DNA of 64,000 nucleotides from Lytechinus pictus (GCF_037042905.1 NC_087245.1:20462001-20526000); one strand, 5' to 3'; positions 36,690-52,146 are shown, numbered from the stretch's first letter. Numbers and translations: made by a program. Notes: a model not told the origin generated them from the sequence alone.

Positions 36690-39600
36690 ATTTGTGTCCA
36701 ATGGCTTTAAACAGCACTCAAATATATGTTTTGATTGCATAAATAAATTATCACATGCCTGATTTTCTTTGTGCAGTAAAGATAGTAAAAAATATATTTT
36801 AAAAAAGACCCAATATTTTTAATTTTCATTTATTTATTCATTTATTTTTTAATTTTTTTTTTGGAGGGGGCTTATGAGGGCACGATAACAATATTCTAAA
36901 GCCTTTTCAACTACCTTGAAGACTGAATTACTTGTAAACTCTGGGTATTTTTCTTGATTTGGTGGATGTGAAAACACCTCGTGACATTCACCAAGAATTG
37001 ATCTCTAATCCTTATCAGTCCCCGGCATGTCACATGAAGGGTTTTACGAGATACAGCTGCTCTCATTAACCTCTTTAATATGCCCATAGGGTATAGGTCT
37101 TTAGTCTAATCCTACACTTAAAGTGAAATAAAAGTAGATGCAGTGAGCGGTAATTTCAAAAGAAAGTGTTCAAAATCATGGTGAATTGCTATATGTATAT
37201 CATGAGGGCAAAATATAACAAAAAGCATGCTTAAACGTATAAAAATAGAGAAAACTTATTTAACTTAACTCTGTAATGCTAGAAAATGCTTAAACTTTCC
37301 AAACCAAGAAGCACATGTGTGTATGTTTTATCTTGACAAGACCTGGCTTAAGACAAAATGCTTTGCTTATTTTGTCCTCATCATTGAAGCAATAGCCGAA
37401 TAATTTTCTGGGTAATGGTTTTTGCTGGATTAATAATAATGATAATAGAAATAAACATTTATTGTAGAGCAAATACGCTTCTATACACTTCCAAAGGAAA
37501 CACATTAAAATTCATGATATTTTTTAACACATTGAAATAGTGCATGAGACAACGCTCCCAAAGTCATATTATAGCCTTTCTGACCAATTTTCAGACTATA
37601 TTATGCTTAATATGTCATTTAGGGAATATTGGATGGCCTTGAGTGGGATGCGCAGAAATATTGTTCTTCAGCGAGTAACAATATTTCTACACATCCCACA
37701 AAAATTGGTCATCCAATATTATTATTAAAAGTGCAACTAATACGCAATGCAATTTCATTGTGATGTAACAATAGCTTCATGCGCACAATCATTTATTAAC
37801 CTAACCAATGATAATCTTGTGGGCCGGGCAAAATATTAATTTCGTCCAACTGGACAGTTTTCATAGGCATACACGTTAAAAATCAGTTTAACTATTTTGT
37901 CTCTTTGAAAAAACCTTGAAAGACGTCAAAAAATATCTGCGCTTCTAAAACCCTACATCTGAATAATAATAGACAATGTTGTGTTTAAATAAAAACAATT
38001 TTTTTTTGCATTGCTTTTTAAAAAGTTGACCAGGATACGCTAAAATCTCAATCAAATGTCTACAGAGCTGATTTCCTAACTGTGACAACCCAAGAAATAT
38101 GAAGTACATGTACCTACAAACAATGTTCTTGCATTCTTGGATGCAACACAAGATATAAGTAGCTGGTACTTCACAAGTGGCTACTTCTTTTGACACATAC
38201 ATGTAAAGAAGAAGTTTGTAAGAAGTGGGGTGAAGTACAATGCACTTAACCGTTTTAACCCAGTTGTTTTGACGAGGACCCTGGTTGCATGAAATAGCTT
38301 AGGAAAGCTTCAGTTACAAAGTAGACACTTGTTGTCTTTTGAAGTCTGCCGCCATTGCCGACATCAAATGCTATTCAGTATGAAGAACTGGTTTCCGCTC
38401 TCCCAAAATGCACAACATTTAGGGCAATGTTCTAACTGACATTCAAGAGACTTTGATAGTCTGAGCAAATGTGTTTAACTCTGAACTAGCTCTGGTCAAC
38501 TGAACGAGGGAAGAGAGGAATGCAGCCAATCTAGCTTGTTCCAACTGAGTCCCATGGCATTCGCCCGAGCAACAAATACTCTTCTATAAAATCTGAACAT
38601 CATGAAGGCAGAACATAAATGTTAACCTTTATCTAAAACCAAATCCTAATTCTAATCTTCACATATTTTGATCTATAAAAACCTATTGCAAACCTAACCC
38701 TAATTATAATACAGGAGCAGTCATCTTGGGGGCAAATTGCCTTGTTCTGACATTCTGAATGACATAGGTATCAGACCTGGCAGTTGGACTGCGTGACATC
38801 TAGATGATATGCCACAGGAATACATATTTATTAGTCAGACTCTCCTCCTCCTATCCTCCTCAGAAAATGTCACTGCTATCACTGTTTAAAACAGATTGAT
38901 TCTATTTTCATCATCGTCCCTCAAACAAGTTTAAACAAGGTTATACAACATGAAATACTACTGCCCCTCACATGTTTTAAGGTTAAAAGAGAGCTAGTTT
39001 TCCCTATATAACCTTCAACCTTTTGCCTAATCTGGTATCATCTGGCATTTTTAAGACTCCGCTCTTCAGAAGATATTTAGACTCAAGAGCTTTCTCTGAG
39101 ATTGCCAGTGATTTCAATCTCCTAAGATCACATTTAATCCCCTTCAAGTCTCACCCATATTCACTCCTCATTCAGACTGATGTCTGAGGGGTAAGAGCTG
39201 TCTTATTAAGTTCTTATCCGTTCTTGTTCCTGTCAGGGCGGATCAGACACTGACTCCGAGCAACGGAGAGAATATAAAAAATTGTGTGATTATGGGAATC
39301 ATGCGGCATCTCTTATTCTCTTCACACTTTGCGCATGGGCACATTCAATGAGAACATCTTTGCCCCATCTGTCCACACCCAGGGGTGTTCTCTCCTCAAA
39401 ATGTTGTCTTTGTAGCCCTCCGCCAAAAGGGAAGGGAGAGAATCCTTAGAGAACAAAATTCTCCAAGGATCAGACAATTCACCTCCCCCTCTGATAGTGT
39501 CAATACACGTCATGAGAAAGAATAAGTTCAGGATGGACTGTTCTGTTCACTTGGATGACAGTCTGAACACTGATAAAGCGGATGCCATCAGAAGATAGAT

Positions 39601-42235
39601 GACATGACAGATAGAGCATGAATCTAAATCTTCTTTTTTTTCATTCCTAGATTACCCTCATTGCCACTGTCTTCACCAGAAAATGAGCATTATATCAGGG
39701 GCTTTCTCGTAATGAACTCTTTGCATGTAAAGATAAGGATAACCTTGGCTAGGAGTTTTAAAGGTGAGAAACACAAATTAACCTGAGAGCATACATTCTT
39801 GATGAAATATTTTCAAAATTTTACATACATGTACTTTCCCCATTCTCATGTCTACATACATTTAGTGGAAAGGCACATCCGGGTTTGACCAAAATATGAT
39901 TGAATCCTAAATTTGAAATTTTATTTTGTTTCATGTCTGTAAAATGGCATGCATTCATGAAGCAAACAATGTCTTTGTAAATCTATGAAAACATGAATTT
40001 TAATACTTCAAAATTTTTTTAGTGTCAGCTTCATAAATGCAATAAAATTTTCACCACATTCAGCCTGTGTCGCCCCTCTCCTTCCCTCTCCCCCACACTC
40101 ACACACTTCTCCTCTTATGCCCCTTCACTGAGATGGATTGAGGATTGATTCAAAGCGGATGACAATTCATCTCAACTTGACTCCAAACGTGACTTGGGCT
40201 GAAAATCTCCCGCTTAGGCCCAACCCAAGCAGAAATTTATTACGGGTAAACAAAAACCGGGCGGATATCTTTTGAAGACCGATTAGTCCAAACCCTTCTG
40301 ACCCCATCTTAGCCCATATCAACTTAACCGTTCATTTCAATTGGATCTTCAGATGTAGGAAAACACTGGATGACGCTGACGGAGGCTACGCTGTGCAGAG
40401 GACAATTCCTTTCTTTAATACCAACTTGAATTCTAGGATGCGTGACCGAATCACTCAGGGTAGCGTGAATTTGATGTCAGTGAAGGCTTTGGACGATAAT
40501 AATTCAATGGTAATGCCGGCTTCAAATTAGATCGAGCAAATTTCTTAACTCTGTTATACATAATGCAAGAAAATTGATGAGTTCAAGGTTGAATACCCTT
40601 TACATGTCATAAAACAACTTTCGTTGAAAGTACTAAACCATACAGTTTGCTACTATTCAATTGCTTCATAGCTGAATTTCTTTTCGCGTTATTTGTGCAA
40701 CATGATTCTACTCTCTGTGGCCGAGAGTGACAATACAAACTGAGTTATACCATCCTTTAAATGTGCTATGCAAGTATATCATAGGATAAATGAATAACTA
40801 CCATTTGCATGAAAAGAGACAACTTTCCTCTACAAACATCCACGGTTTAATACCGACCGAGATAAACACGCACACACAAATTCAATCTTCCTCCAAAAAA
40901 ACGTGTTATGCAAGTAGAGCGAGGGATACATGACTAAATACCCTTTGCTTGAAGACACACGACTCCCTCTTGGTAAATAGGTTTGGACTATATACCTGGC
41001 CAGTCATAATGGATGCGTGACTGAATCATTTAGGTCAACGTGAATCCTGTTTTAATAGGATGAGGCTCAAGATATGAGAATGTTTGCTCTTTGTTGGAAT
41101 AGAGAGCTCCAACTCCATCTGACATTTTCAAAGTATTACAGGCCGAAAAGACAGGATGCATCTGGCATATACATATAGAGCAACAGCTCAAGCGGGCATG
41201 TGTTAACCAGGGGTGGTTGGGGAATAGGTGAACTTGTACTTAAGGTACCTCTAGGTACATCTAGGCTTGAATCCTACTAGAACTCCATGATCTAGGCAAG
41301 TATTCCCTGAAAGCTAAATCCCCAGGCATATATGCTTTATATCTACAATAAATCATTAGTTGTACAGGAAATCCATTTCAAGAGAACAGGCATAAAAAGT
41401 AACTAACTTCCCAGGTATCAAGTAGAAAAGGGATATATTTTCTACTTCAGCAATGAAGTTTATAATATATCTTGCAAATTCAGACATTTTAATGTCAGAA
41501 AGCTTACTTTTACCCACAGGAAATAAAAATCTTCCATTTAATCTATGACATTTGAATCTAAAATTTGATATTGCACATTATCTTTTACTTTTTCTTTTTT
41601 ATTTGTGCAAATTTGGGAAGTCCATCACATGAACCATTTCAATTCTGAATAATTATGACCAGTGCTGGACAAACAAGATAAAGCAGTTCTGAATTTAGCA
41701 TCTTATTTTATAGTGAAAAAGTACTTCCTTACCTCCCTGAGCAATATGTACCAAGTAAGGTCAACTATGAATACTTTCATTTTTAATAGATTGATTCCTT
41801 AGCCTGTGATTCACATTTCATGAATCTTGAGGCATTTACTATATAGTACATGTAGGTATCATCTATCTCAAACATTTTTACCTTGGGAATTGTTATTCTG
41901 TGCATAAACTTCATCAATTGGCATATATTCACTGCCTGATGATCACAGAAAAAAGTCAATTGGAAAGAACTTTTCCATCAATTTATACTTGTCTGATTCC
42001 CAACCAGAATGAGATGAAGATCTTCTAGTTTCTGAACATACATCAAGACTTTCAAATTCCTATATATAGCAAAAAGTGTATGCTCTTTTCTTGCCTCATG
42101 TCAAATTATCTTGTAACTTTAATGAGTACAGACTAAGTCATGGGTGTATTCTTAGAAGAATAGGTAATTATCTTCCACATGGGTAGTAAATTACCCTTCC
42201 TGAATAACTGATCTAAAATGCTAAGTATGTTTCCT

Positions 42236-42967
42236 AATTCTCGCTACCCCAAATAGGAACAAAAATCTCATAATGCGCGAGACGAGATAATTTTCACTCG
42301 TCGGGTCGTCATCACCACTTCCGGTTCAGAGTCATGCATGTTCGCGATACTGAGTTTTCCACCACGCTGAAATCGATGCCAATCAGCGTAATATGTACAG
42401 ATTATCATACTTTTTATTTAATTTGGTCAGTTTTGATTCCATTTGAATTATAAATTAAAATAGAAAATATATTTCACGTGAAAATCATTTTTATTCATGT
42501 TTTTATTTGGTTATAAAAAATTTTAAAAAAAATGAATATCTTAAAATTTTGCATTTAGTGACCGGCCTGACATCACGATCGTATTCGACTAGACGCTAAA
42601 TATATACACTACAGCATTCATTCCGTTCAATTTTTCGTCGACCACAAAATGGATAAAAAATCAGTTTCGGAACTTAAAAAATCTTAACTGACAGAGGGAT
42701 ATGGAAAGCGTCGGGCAGAATTAGTGACTTTAGCAGAAAAGGCTGTTAAACTGTATCGTGAAAGAAAGGGTTGTGATCACGAACTTTCCGAGCGAAAGCG
42801 ACGTTGTGTTGTTGTGGATGACGGCACTGTTGATCTGAATGGCAAAACAGTGCATTGGACTTCCGAACAGGAAGTTGTAATACCGAAAAGCTGTCCCATA
42901 ATGCAATGCGCGTTACAGGGATTTTTCCCGGATCTCGGCGAAATCGCTATTTGGGGTAGCGAGAATT
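42236..42967. mobile_element. Internally deleted DNA transposon with perfect 21-bp inverted ends and a decayed SAP-like ORF fragment
   Basis: AATTCTCGCTACCCCAAATAG / CTATTTGGGGTAGCGAGAATT; CpG-rich interior; frameshifted MDKKSVSELKK-LTDRGI-GKRRAELVTLAEKA from 42649. Confidence 0.75.
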
Positions 42968-45900
42968 GCATGTACATTAGTATGTGCACATCTAAGGATG
43001 GAAAATTAAAATAAAGTTTCCTCAGAAACTATATGAGTCAATAAGTGGTAAATTTAGTCAACATTATTAGAAACCCCAGACAAAAATAATACAGTATCAA
43101 TTCAAACATTTAATTTGTGATATGAGCAGGCAGATAACACCATATCAAATAAATTTCTGAACCATCCTATGAAAGCCCCAAAACATTTTGTATGGAATAA
43201 TTCAAGTGAAACAAATCAAGCTATTAAAGTGCAAAATGATTTTCTCTGACATCCTATCTGGAAAAAGCGAGAAAATAATGCTATCTTTCTTGATGCAGAC
43301 AGCACCAGGTTGAACACACTTTTTATTATTCTCATCAAGTCTTACATCAAATGTCAGAAAGATTGTCCTCACAATGAAAAACTCATTTTGAGGAGTGTGT
43401 GAAACCATTTTGTTTCCTCTTTACATCAGAAAGGCACATACGTACCAATTAGGGAACTTTATCAAGAGGAGATCATTTCTTCTCGAAGATAAAAAAGAAG
43501 TGACAAATTGAGATTGATGCATCGAAACATGCCAGACATAAAAAAGCAACACTCTCCCATTAGCACAGCTATTAGTACAGGAACCTAATTGAGTAATTTG
43601 TTATAATGGGAATTGATAAACACTGCAACGGTGAGAAAATTTAGGCTAATATCGATAATAGAAGTTCAGACGATAATCTCTCTCCCTGGATGGAAAGAAG
43701 TTAATGTTTTGTTTTCACAGTGAAACATGATATCAATTTGCAAATTTTCAGTAATTCCATCCTCATGATTATTAACCTACATGTAACATAAGTATAATAA
43801 GTAACATAAGTACATTATTGCAATTAAATTAATAATCTTTCTTCCAGATTTATAACATTTCTGTATCATAATGAAACAGAATAATCATGAAATATCATGG
43901 CAACCCCTGGATTACATCTCTTTTCATGAAATATTATTTCTATTAAAATCATTTATTTAGAAATTAACAATTCTTTGTGGCACAAATTTACTCAGAATTC
44001 ATACCCTGAATAAAATTGAATATCCATGTAAAATTATCTCTGTTTGAATTTCATCTCCAGAATTATTAGCACAATTACCGTTGATCCATTTCACCCCTGG
44101 GTAGAGCTGAAAACATGAAACTGTGTAAAGAATATATTTTAAAAAAAGAAGAAGATATTTCTTATGTCTCTTGCCAAAACTGGATTTTGGCATTCATAGT
44201 CAATTTAAAATCACAAAGAATATGTATGTACATGTAGGCCCTACTTCATAAAAAAGTTCAATTGGGTAAGAGCACCCTAGGTTTTGATGTGTAGATACTA
44301 CTCAATGTCCCGTTATGGACCAAATGAAGATGTTTAATACTGTGAGAAGAAATTTAGTCTATTCAACATCATAATTTTGATTAATGGTACATGTATCATT
44401 CATTGAAAAGAAGACATCTGGTTGTGACAGTGCATGTAATTGGCAGACAGAGACATTTGGTCTAAACAAGAATCAAGTAGGGATTTCATATATATTTTCT
44501 GCTGAGTAGATGAGTTCAATCATACCTTTTTCCTGCTTGCTTTCATTTTCATTCTTATCCATTTATCACAAATTTTACTGAACAAACATCTTCTCATGAA
44601 AGAATAAGAAAACAAGTCTTTAAAAAGACCTTATACTTTTCTCTCAAAGCATTTCCAAGAGCTTTCCATACAACATAGAGCATTTATATTAATGCAAAAT
44701 TTCATATTTCTTTCTTGAAATATCCAGTCCTCAATAGCTCTCTTGTGAGAACAAACAGGCATTCTGGGTCCCCATACTTTATTTCGCTTTAATCGTCTGC
44801 GAAATGCCAAGCCATATGCTAGCAATAAATCAACACAAACTACTTATAGAGTGTGTTCAAACATGATTACAAATCAAAACTCAAACACAAATCATGATTA
44901 CTTGGTAGAGCATTCATTTGTGCCATTTCTCCCTCTGTTTCAAACCCACCCACCGCACATCACAGATCGCTGAGTTTGGCCCAGTCAGTACTCAATAGAG
45001 GTCAACACAATGCATATCAGAACCGGGAGAAGGCTGGTTGTGTGTATGTATGTAATTTAATCAAGATTGAAATCTTTTTCCATATCGAGTTTTTTTTTCT
45101 TTTCTGTTTCTTTAACATTGCAGGTTTACACTTAATGGACATTAATTTTTACAATCAACAGATTATTGCTTGAACGTAACTTTGATTTGAACCATGTCCA
45201 TGTTTGAACTAATCGAATGCACATTTGCATAGGGCAATAAAATGACAACTGAACACAGCTCAAGATATGAGACTGATCTAGAATAGATACACAGACATTT
45301 ATTACCACTGCATATCATCTCCATCAATAAATCATCTCTTTAGTATGCTGTTTGTCCAATTTGTAAACTTGAATTGCAAGCAAGGCTAACTTTATGATAG
45401 TCAGGTGTGTATTTACAATGAGGTACACATGCAACATTAATTTCAGAAGGAAACTGTGGTGGAAATAATTTTTTTTTAACAAGAAAGGGTTTTTATTAAT
45501 TAATTTTTACAGTTTAAATATAGCTCCAATTCAGAATCCCTTGTTTAATCATTGAACGATAATTTTTTTAAAAATCTACATCAGTCCAAGTGTTGGGGAA
45601 TCAATGCCTCTCTATTGTAGCTCCAAATAATCAAATAAACCATTAATTTGAACAAGGTTACGTTGAGTGACTTTCAAGAAAAATGCAAAAGTACGACTGG
45701 TTATCTTATCAATTCTTTAGCATTGACCATCAGCAGTCTACCACTAACAAGCTCTCTTGTGTCCTCATCAACTGTCACAGCCTCATGCTTAATGCTGCTC
45801 AGGGTTTTAAACTAAATCCCACTCTAAGCCAATCTAGGGTGTCAGGCGCGATACAGCGGATCGCTTGTCTTTTGGTCACGAAGTTGAGGTGACCTCTTTA

Positions 45901-48059
45901 CATGTATGTAAACAACATGAATATAAAGGCATGGGACTGATGCCCTTGAAAACTCAAGGGCATGGAAGGAGATCTGCTGGTGTAGTTACAGAGCCTTTAC
46001 ATGGCCGCCTAAAAGCAGGCAGCTGACTTTCACCCAAAGTGAAAAATATTCGGAGAGTCCAGCAACTTTATTATGAAAAATGGTTAAATGTAGTACTGTG
46101 TAATTATGCAATAGTCTTAGTTTTTTAATAATTCATTCACTTCTGATATTACTGATCGATTAGATAAACAGAACAGTGTAGGCTATCTACATCTATGATT
46201 GTGTTTATCATGCATTAATAGAATTGATGGTTTTAATTGTTTATGTATATATTCTCTGGAAACTCTGTTAAAAATGATTTGTTGAAACGTATTGGCCAAG
46301 TAACTTGACTGTGAAAATGAAATAAACCAAACTGGAAGTGAAAGGGACACTGAAATTTCAAATTACAGAACTTGTAACTTGGTTGTTAATGAGAGAGTCA
46401 TGTGACACCATTGTATATATACAGGATACACGTGGCAAAATGCATTTTCACAAGTATTATGATATAACTTTATACCTCTTAAACACTTCAACAATTGGAA
46501 GTTATAATGACAGCGAGAATCCCAAGTACATTTGTCACTTGGATACCAAGAAGGGGGAATTACATGAATAAAATCAACAAAGATCATCAAATGTGACGAA
46601 AAATATGGGGCCACAATTCTACTTGTGAAAGATCGAAGGAAGCCACTTGGCTCAACTTAAAATGCATTTGCTCGCCGTGAATTCAAATAAAAATATGAAT
46701 TTTTAAAGCCATTGAAGTGCTGAGCTTCAAATAATGCACTCTTTAGCCATGACACTGAAAAGTGTTAATAAACTGAAATAAATCAATTGTTACTTTTCCC
46801 AAAGCTTAATGAGATTCAATACATGTATATCATTGGTAAAGGCATTCCTCAAACATTCCTCATGTCGCGATGACAGAACCACCACCATACATCAAACTCC
46901 CTCGTATATGACAATATTAATGGAAAACATTATTAACTAATTCTATGACAAAGCTAACTTCAGGATATCTAGAGGCTTAGCTGATTTAATGAACCTGTGT
47001 TGTTACAGCCAATTTCAAATCATGAATAATTTATCAGCAGGAGAGCAATGAAAAGTGCAAGTGACGTTTTTCGGCAATTACACTTGACCTTTCGAATAGT
47101 TTCTACCGTACTAGAGAAAATTGAAACCTAGAATGGCAGAAAAGAAAAATGGCATTGCAAACAAAATCTACTTTAATAAACTCATTCTTAAAGCAAAAAA
47201 TAATAATTGAAAGTTTGATGATTATAAACATTTGCCATGATAATGCTGATGGCCTTTAATAATGCACTTTGAATAATTTAAAGCATTCATTTTTTCATAT
47301 TAGTGTACACATAACATGATTCAGATACCTGTTGCATTTAAGCAAGGGGGATTCTGGCATAATAACATGATTAAACAAGGGTATATATTTTGCATGAATT
47401 GAAGAAAAAAAAACATTTATTTGAACCAATTGTAATATGTTAACATGAAACAAATACAGAATTGAATTGAATTCATTTATTCATTTACCATTAAAAATAT
47501 ACAAAATCGAGAATATACATGTACGAACAAACATTACAAAGCATAAAAATGAGACATTACACAGATGATGTATCATACTTAATAAATGCACAATAGTTTG
47601 TTTTATACATATTAGGAAAATTGGATGTCCATGAAAGCAGTGTGCTTGTTAAGTTGGGTCACCCAGAAAAATATAAATCAATAAAGAATGATGGAATGTA
47701 TGGAATACTAAAAGGGGAAAAACTTGCATCAGAAGCTAATTATATGGGAAATTTCAAGAACATATCGGTCAAGTTTAATAGACATTATTTCATCATTATG
47801 ATTTTCCAGGTGCATAGGAATGCGTGATGGTCACCGTATTTCACGTATTAGCAAGGACGGTGCAGCGGTCGGGATAATTCTCGAGAAATATGCCGACAAA
47901 CGTTGTGTGCACTCACACATTCCTCATAATAGATGCTCCCGAGATAGATCAGATCATCTAGCCTCGGGAAAGTAATCACATCAAAAAGATTACACCAGGA
48001 AAAAACTTGGCTTCCCCAGAGAAATTAATGTCTCTCACTTGCTGAGCCACTGCCATCTA

Positions 48060-48420
48060 AAGCTCTCTCTCTATTTCTCCCTTTTTCTCTCTAGCCCCAT
48101 CCCCCTTCCTCCCCTCTCTATCTCTTGCTCCTTCTGAGTATTCTGCTGTCCTGCATGCCTGTTCCCCCTCTCTCTCTCTCTCTCTCTCATCCTCTACCAA
48201 TCTATCCCACTCTCTCCATTACTCTACACCATCCTCTTTCTCTATCTCACCTTTCTATAACACCCCCCTACCTTCTTATTTTCATGACATTCCCCCTTCC
48301 CTAACTAAGAAAAGCTAACCTTTTTCTTCTTTTTCCCTTCATTTTTGACCACTTATTCCCTTCGATTTTCTCTCTGCCTCTTCCCTTTCTCTCTCTCTTA
48401 CTCTCACTCCCCAATATCCC
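48060..48420 (+). repeat. CT-rich low-complexity tract including (CT)n
   Basis: Read directly; (CT)n near 48168-48188. Confidence 0.8.
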
Positions 48421-49449
48421 TTTACTGTTTTATATCTGTCTGTCATTATTCATGGGAGATCACACTGAGAGCAAATTAAAAAAATGAATAAAGCATGAGA
48501 GTCTGATGTCTTGACCCAAAAGAGAAGCTTTATGCAGAACATGTTGGAAAGTAGGGTACACAAAGAAAGAACCTGGAACAGTACTTTGATTTAAACCGCA
48601 TAAGCGTGTCATTGCATCTCAAGACTCTAGTTGTGTTAAATTCTAAAGTTCCCCCTATTTGCAGGTCGAAGTCTCCATCCCTGTATAATAATCACATTTA
48701 AAACTCATTTTAAAACCCTTATCGTTTAAAGCCTCAATGTCAAACAATTGTCACAGTGTGTGTAATGCTGGATATTATAAAACCATCCTAAGTTTTCAGG
48801 TTTCCAAGAATTATCTGTCCAATTTTTCTCAAAGGGGTTGATATTTTTGTTTATTAATTGTAAGGGCATTTCCTCAAACAATCAGCTCATACACATACAC
48901 TTTTATGTCGATAAAGGTAATTTTTCCTTTGAATTTGTTCATTTTCATAGGGGGGAAAATAACATTTGTGGGTTTTTTTATTTTTGCTACAGTCTTATCT
49001 ATAAAACTCGAAAACACAGACTACGTAGGCAGCACCTGGACTAGATTGGCTCAGAACAGAAAGTCATAGAAGGATCACGAAGAGAGTTACATCCAACTGT
49101 GGATGAACTCAACCTGAGGAAAAAAAATCAAATAAAAGAGAATTGTCAGAGGCATGTACAAACCTGGAATTGAAGTTGTTATTGGATGTCATCTTCAATG
49201 AATTTGCACTGAATGTGGAATAAAAAAGTTCTAAAAATAAAACTTAATGACTTCACATCTGCATTAGATGTTTAAAAACACCCCCAAAAAAATCAATAAA
49301 CTACAAAAGCTGTTATGTGTGCAGGAAGTGATATTTTCCAACTAGCTTCGTCAAACTTGAAGAGCTGGCCATCTAAAAGAGCTTTAACTATCATTACACC
49401 TTTAAAGCCAGTCTTCAGCTTTGGTTACAGTTAAAACAATGGAATTTTA

Positions 49450-49865
49450 GACACCGTTCTACCTTCCTAAAAATAGAATAGTGGAAACTAGTTTAACATG
49501 TAGTGAGAACAGTCGAAGCGATCTTCCAAACCAGTTCAGAAAACCACCTCGCGACAGTTTTCAAGATCGTTTTGCCGTGTTAAACTGGTTTTAGAATGAG
49601 GACACAACCGTTCTTCGGAAAGCGATCTTCGCACATTTTGAGTGCGCTACTCAACACGACAGGTGTAGAATGCCTAAGATGCGGTTTCGAATTTTGCGCA
49701 AAACGTGTCATCCAACTGAGAGCGTTTCCATAGCAATGCAATGTGTTTATGTGAAGTGATTTTGAAAACCGCTTTTGTGTGATCAAGTGGGAACGCTAGC
49801 AAAACGATCTTCCAAACTGAATTCCTGAATTGGTTTCCAGTACGAAAGCGTAATGAGAACGGCCT
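49450..49865. mobile_element. Degenerate Harbinger-like non-autonomous element
   Basis: CCGTTCT / GAGAACGGCC ends, internal repeated CGATCTTC motif, CpG-rich relative to the flanks. Confidence 0.45.
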
Positions 49866-52146
49866 CATATTCAACTATCATTCTACCATCACAATATTTA
49901 AAGAGAACATAGTGACTTTATATCACTTTTCAATGACAGATTCTTAATGAAATTTATTTGTGTGTGTGTGTGTGTTTAATCAGATTTTACAAAATCAAAA
50001 TTATATTTTCTTCTAAATAAAGTCTTTTTTAACACTTACACAATAACATAATAGAAAAAAGAGATTGGAAATCTTGAAATCTGCACCCCATTCCAATGGG
50101 CCATGGGTCAAACACAGGCCACATACATACATAGGTTATCAAAATTTGTCATAAGTTGTCATAAACACAGTTTGAACCCCAGGCTCTACAGACATTCTTT
50201 TAATAACTGTGGAACAGGAATATAGCTATCAAAGGGCGTACTAGGGATATGACAAGTTAAGATGAAATGCACCCAGCTATCCTTCATGCATGCATCATGT
50301 AACATTATTAAAACTGTTTATATGAGTTGACGTCCCAGGGGGGAAAACCCCCATGCCTGAAAGATGATCTATCCCACTTGATTAATGAGAAATCTGACTA
50401 TCTGCCAGGTTCCCGGCTGGCAAAGCTTGTCTGCCTAACATACACAATCTTTGGGTTGTATCAACTAAAGAGGGAGAGACAAGTAAATTTAGTTGCTGAG
50501 ATTACATCAATACTTGGAGGAGAGGGGATGGCTGGGAGGATATTCAACTGTGAACTGGATTCAAACATCTGGAGCCCCTGCACTCGTTATAGCAAGCATT
50601 CAAGAGACCCTTTTTTTCAAGGAGCCCGGATGTAACTATGCTGCACATTGTTGGAGGGAAAGATGAAGATAAATGAAAAGCCTTAAGCACTTGAACTTGT
50701 CAATGTAACATAGCCTGTAAAAAGACGAGCACAAAGATTGTGGATGAGAAATACATAGAAGGGTAAAGAAAGCAGCAACATAAAGTAAAGAAAGAAAGGG
50801 GAAAGGCAGAGCATGGATTTCTTATATTTCCATTTCATTATTCATACTTATTCATTTTTTGTATTCCTTCTCAGACTTTAAGTGCTTACTTACTTTACAG
50901 CCCCCCTCATTTACATATTTTTGCCTTACATTCTTTTAAAATTGTAGCATTTCAATTAGGGAAATTATTTTGCTAAACTATATATAATGGTTCTGATAAA
51001 AATGACAAATGCATACATCTGAAGAGTCGACTGAGTATGAAGACTTGATGGAATGGATTATTTACTTTCAATTTCGCGTGCATTCATGGTTGAGAACGGA
51101 CAGTGAAAACTACTAATCACTGTCGTATCGTAGTTTACAGGTACAGACCTTTTGTCTATTGACACTGTGTGCTAAGGTCTAGTTTCTAAGACTAAGCAGA
51201 CGGCACAGGCTACATCAGATGTCATCATTCTCTTTATTGCAACCATTATATTAAAGTGGGTGTTATCTAAGAAGGTTTAAACTCATGTCTCCGCAAAATC
51301 AAACTCAGCTAACATAGCACTGTCTGTGAAAAGAGACTATTTGCAGCATGCATGAGCGCCAGGGTGAATGCCAGCTAAAGCTAATATGCAATTAATTGTT
51401 CATTTGCCCGTACCAAGCTATTATGGATGGCAAAGATTGTAATGTTGCTATTTCAACAAAGATCACTGACAACATTTAAAGGGATTGATTATCTAATTTT
51501 TTAAAATACATCCTGATAATAAGCATCAAGGAATATGTATGATGTTCCACACCAAATTGTCTTCCATAGAGAACTAAGAAAAGTTAGCATATCATGTAAC
51601 TCTATTTCATTCACCAAGAGACAAGATCAAACAAAATAATAAGTTTTATTGCTTTATAATAAGAACAGGTATAATTATTTCTCAACCCTTTTTCTTTGAA
51701 AGTATGATTTTACATAATGAATTATCTAATCATGAGGCTAATGCTTGCTTTACATGTACCTTACAAAGATTCAGAGCCATGTCTCTCATGCTACGACAGC
51801 TACGTACATGTATGTAGTATCCGGCAAATGTCTTTTACTCACCAAATTATATTTACTGCTTAAATGTCTATTAATGTGATGATTCGAGATGAAAAAAAAT
51901 GCTTCCCGGTTCCCGGATTCCTACGTGAAAGACACACTACAACACCGACTTTTGGAAGGTGATTTACAGGTGTTTGCTCCTGTACATATCTTTGTTGATT
52001 TGTCTAATTGTTATTTTTATCCCTGTTGGTGGAGACTATTTCAATGCTGTCTTGAAGCATTGCAATTAAAGTTTGAAGGAAATAGGACAATTAATAGTGG
52101 CTGCTTGAAAAATTACATTATACAAATTAGATTGGGACAAGTAGTA

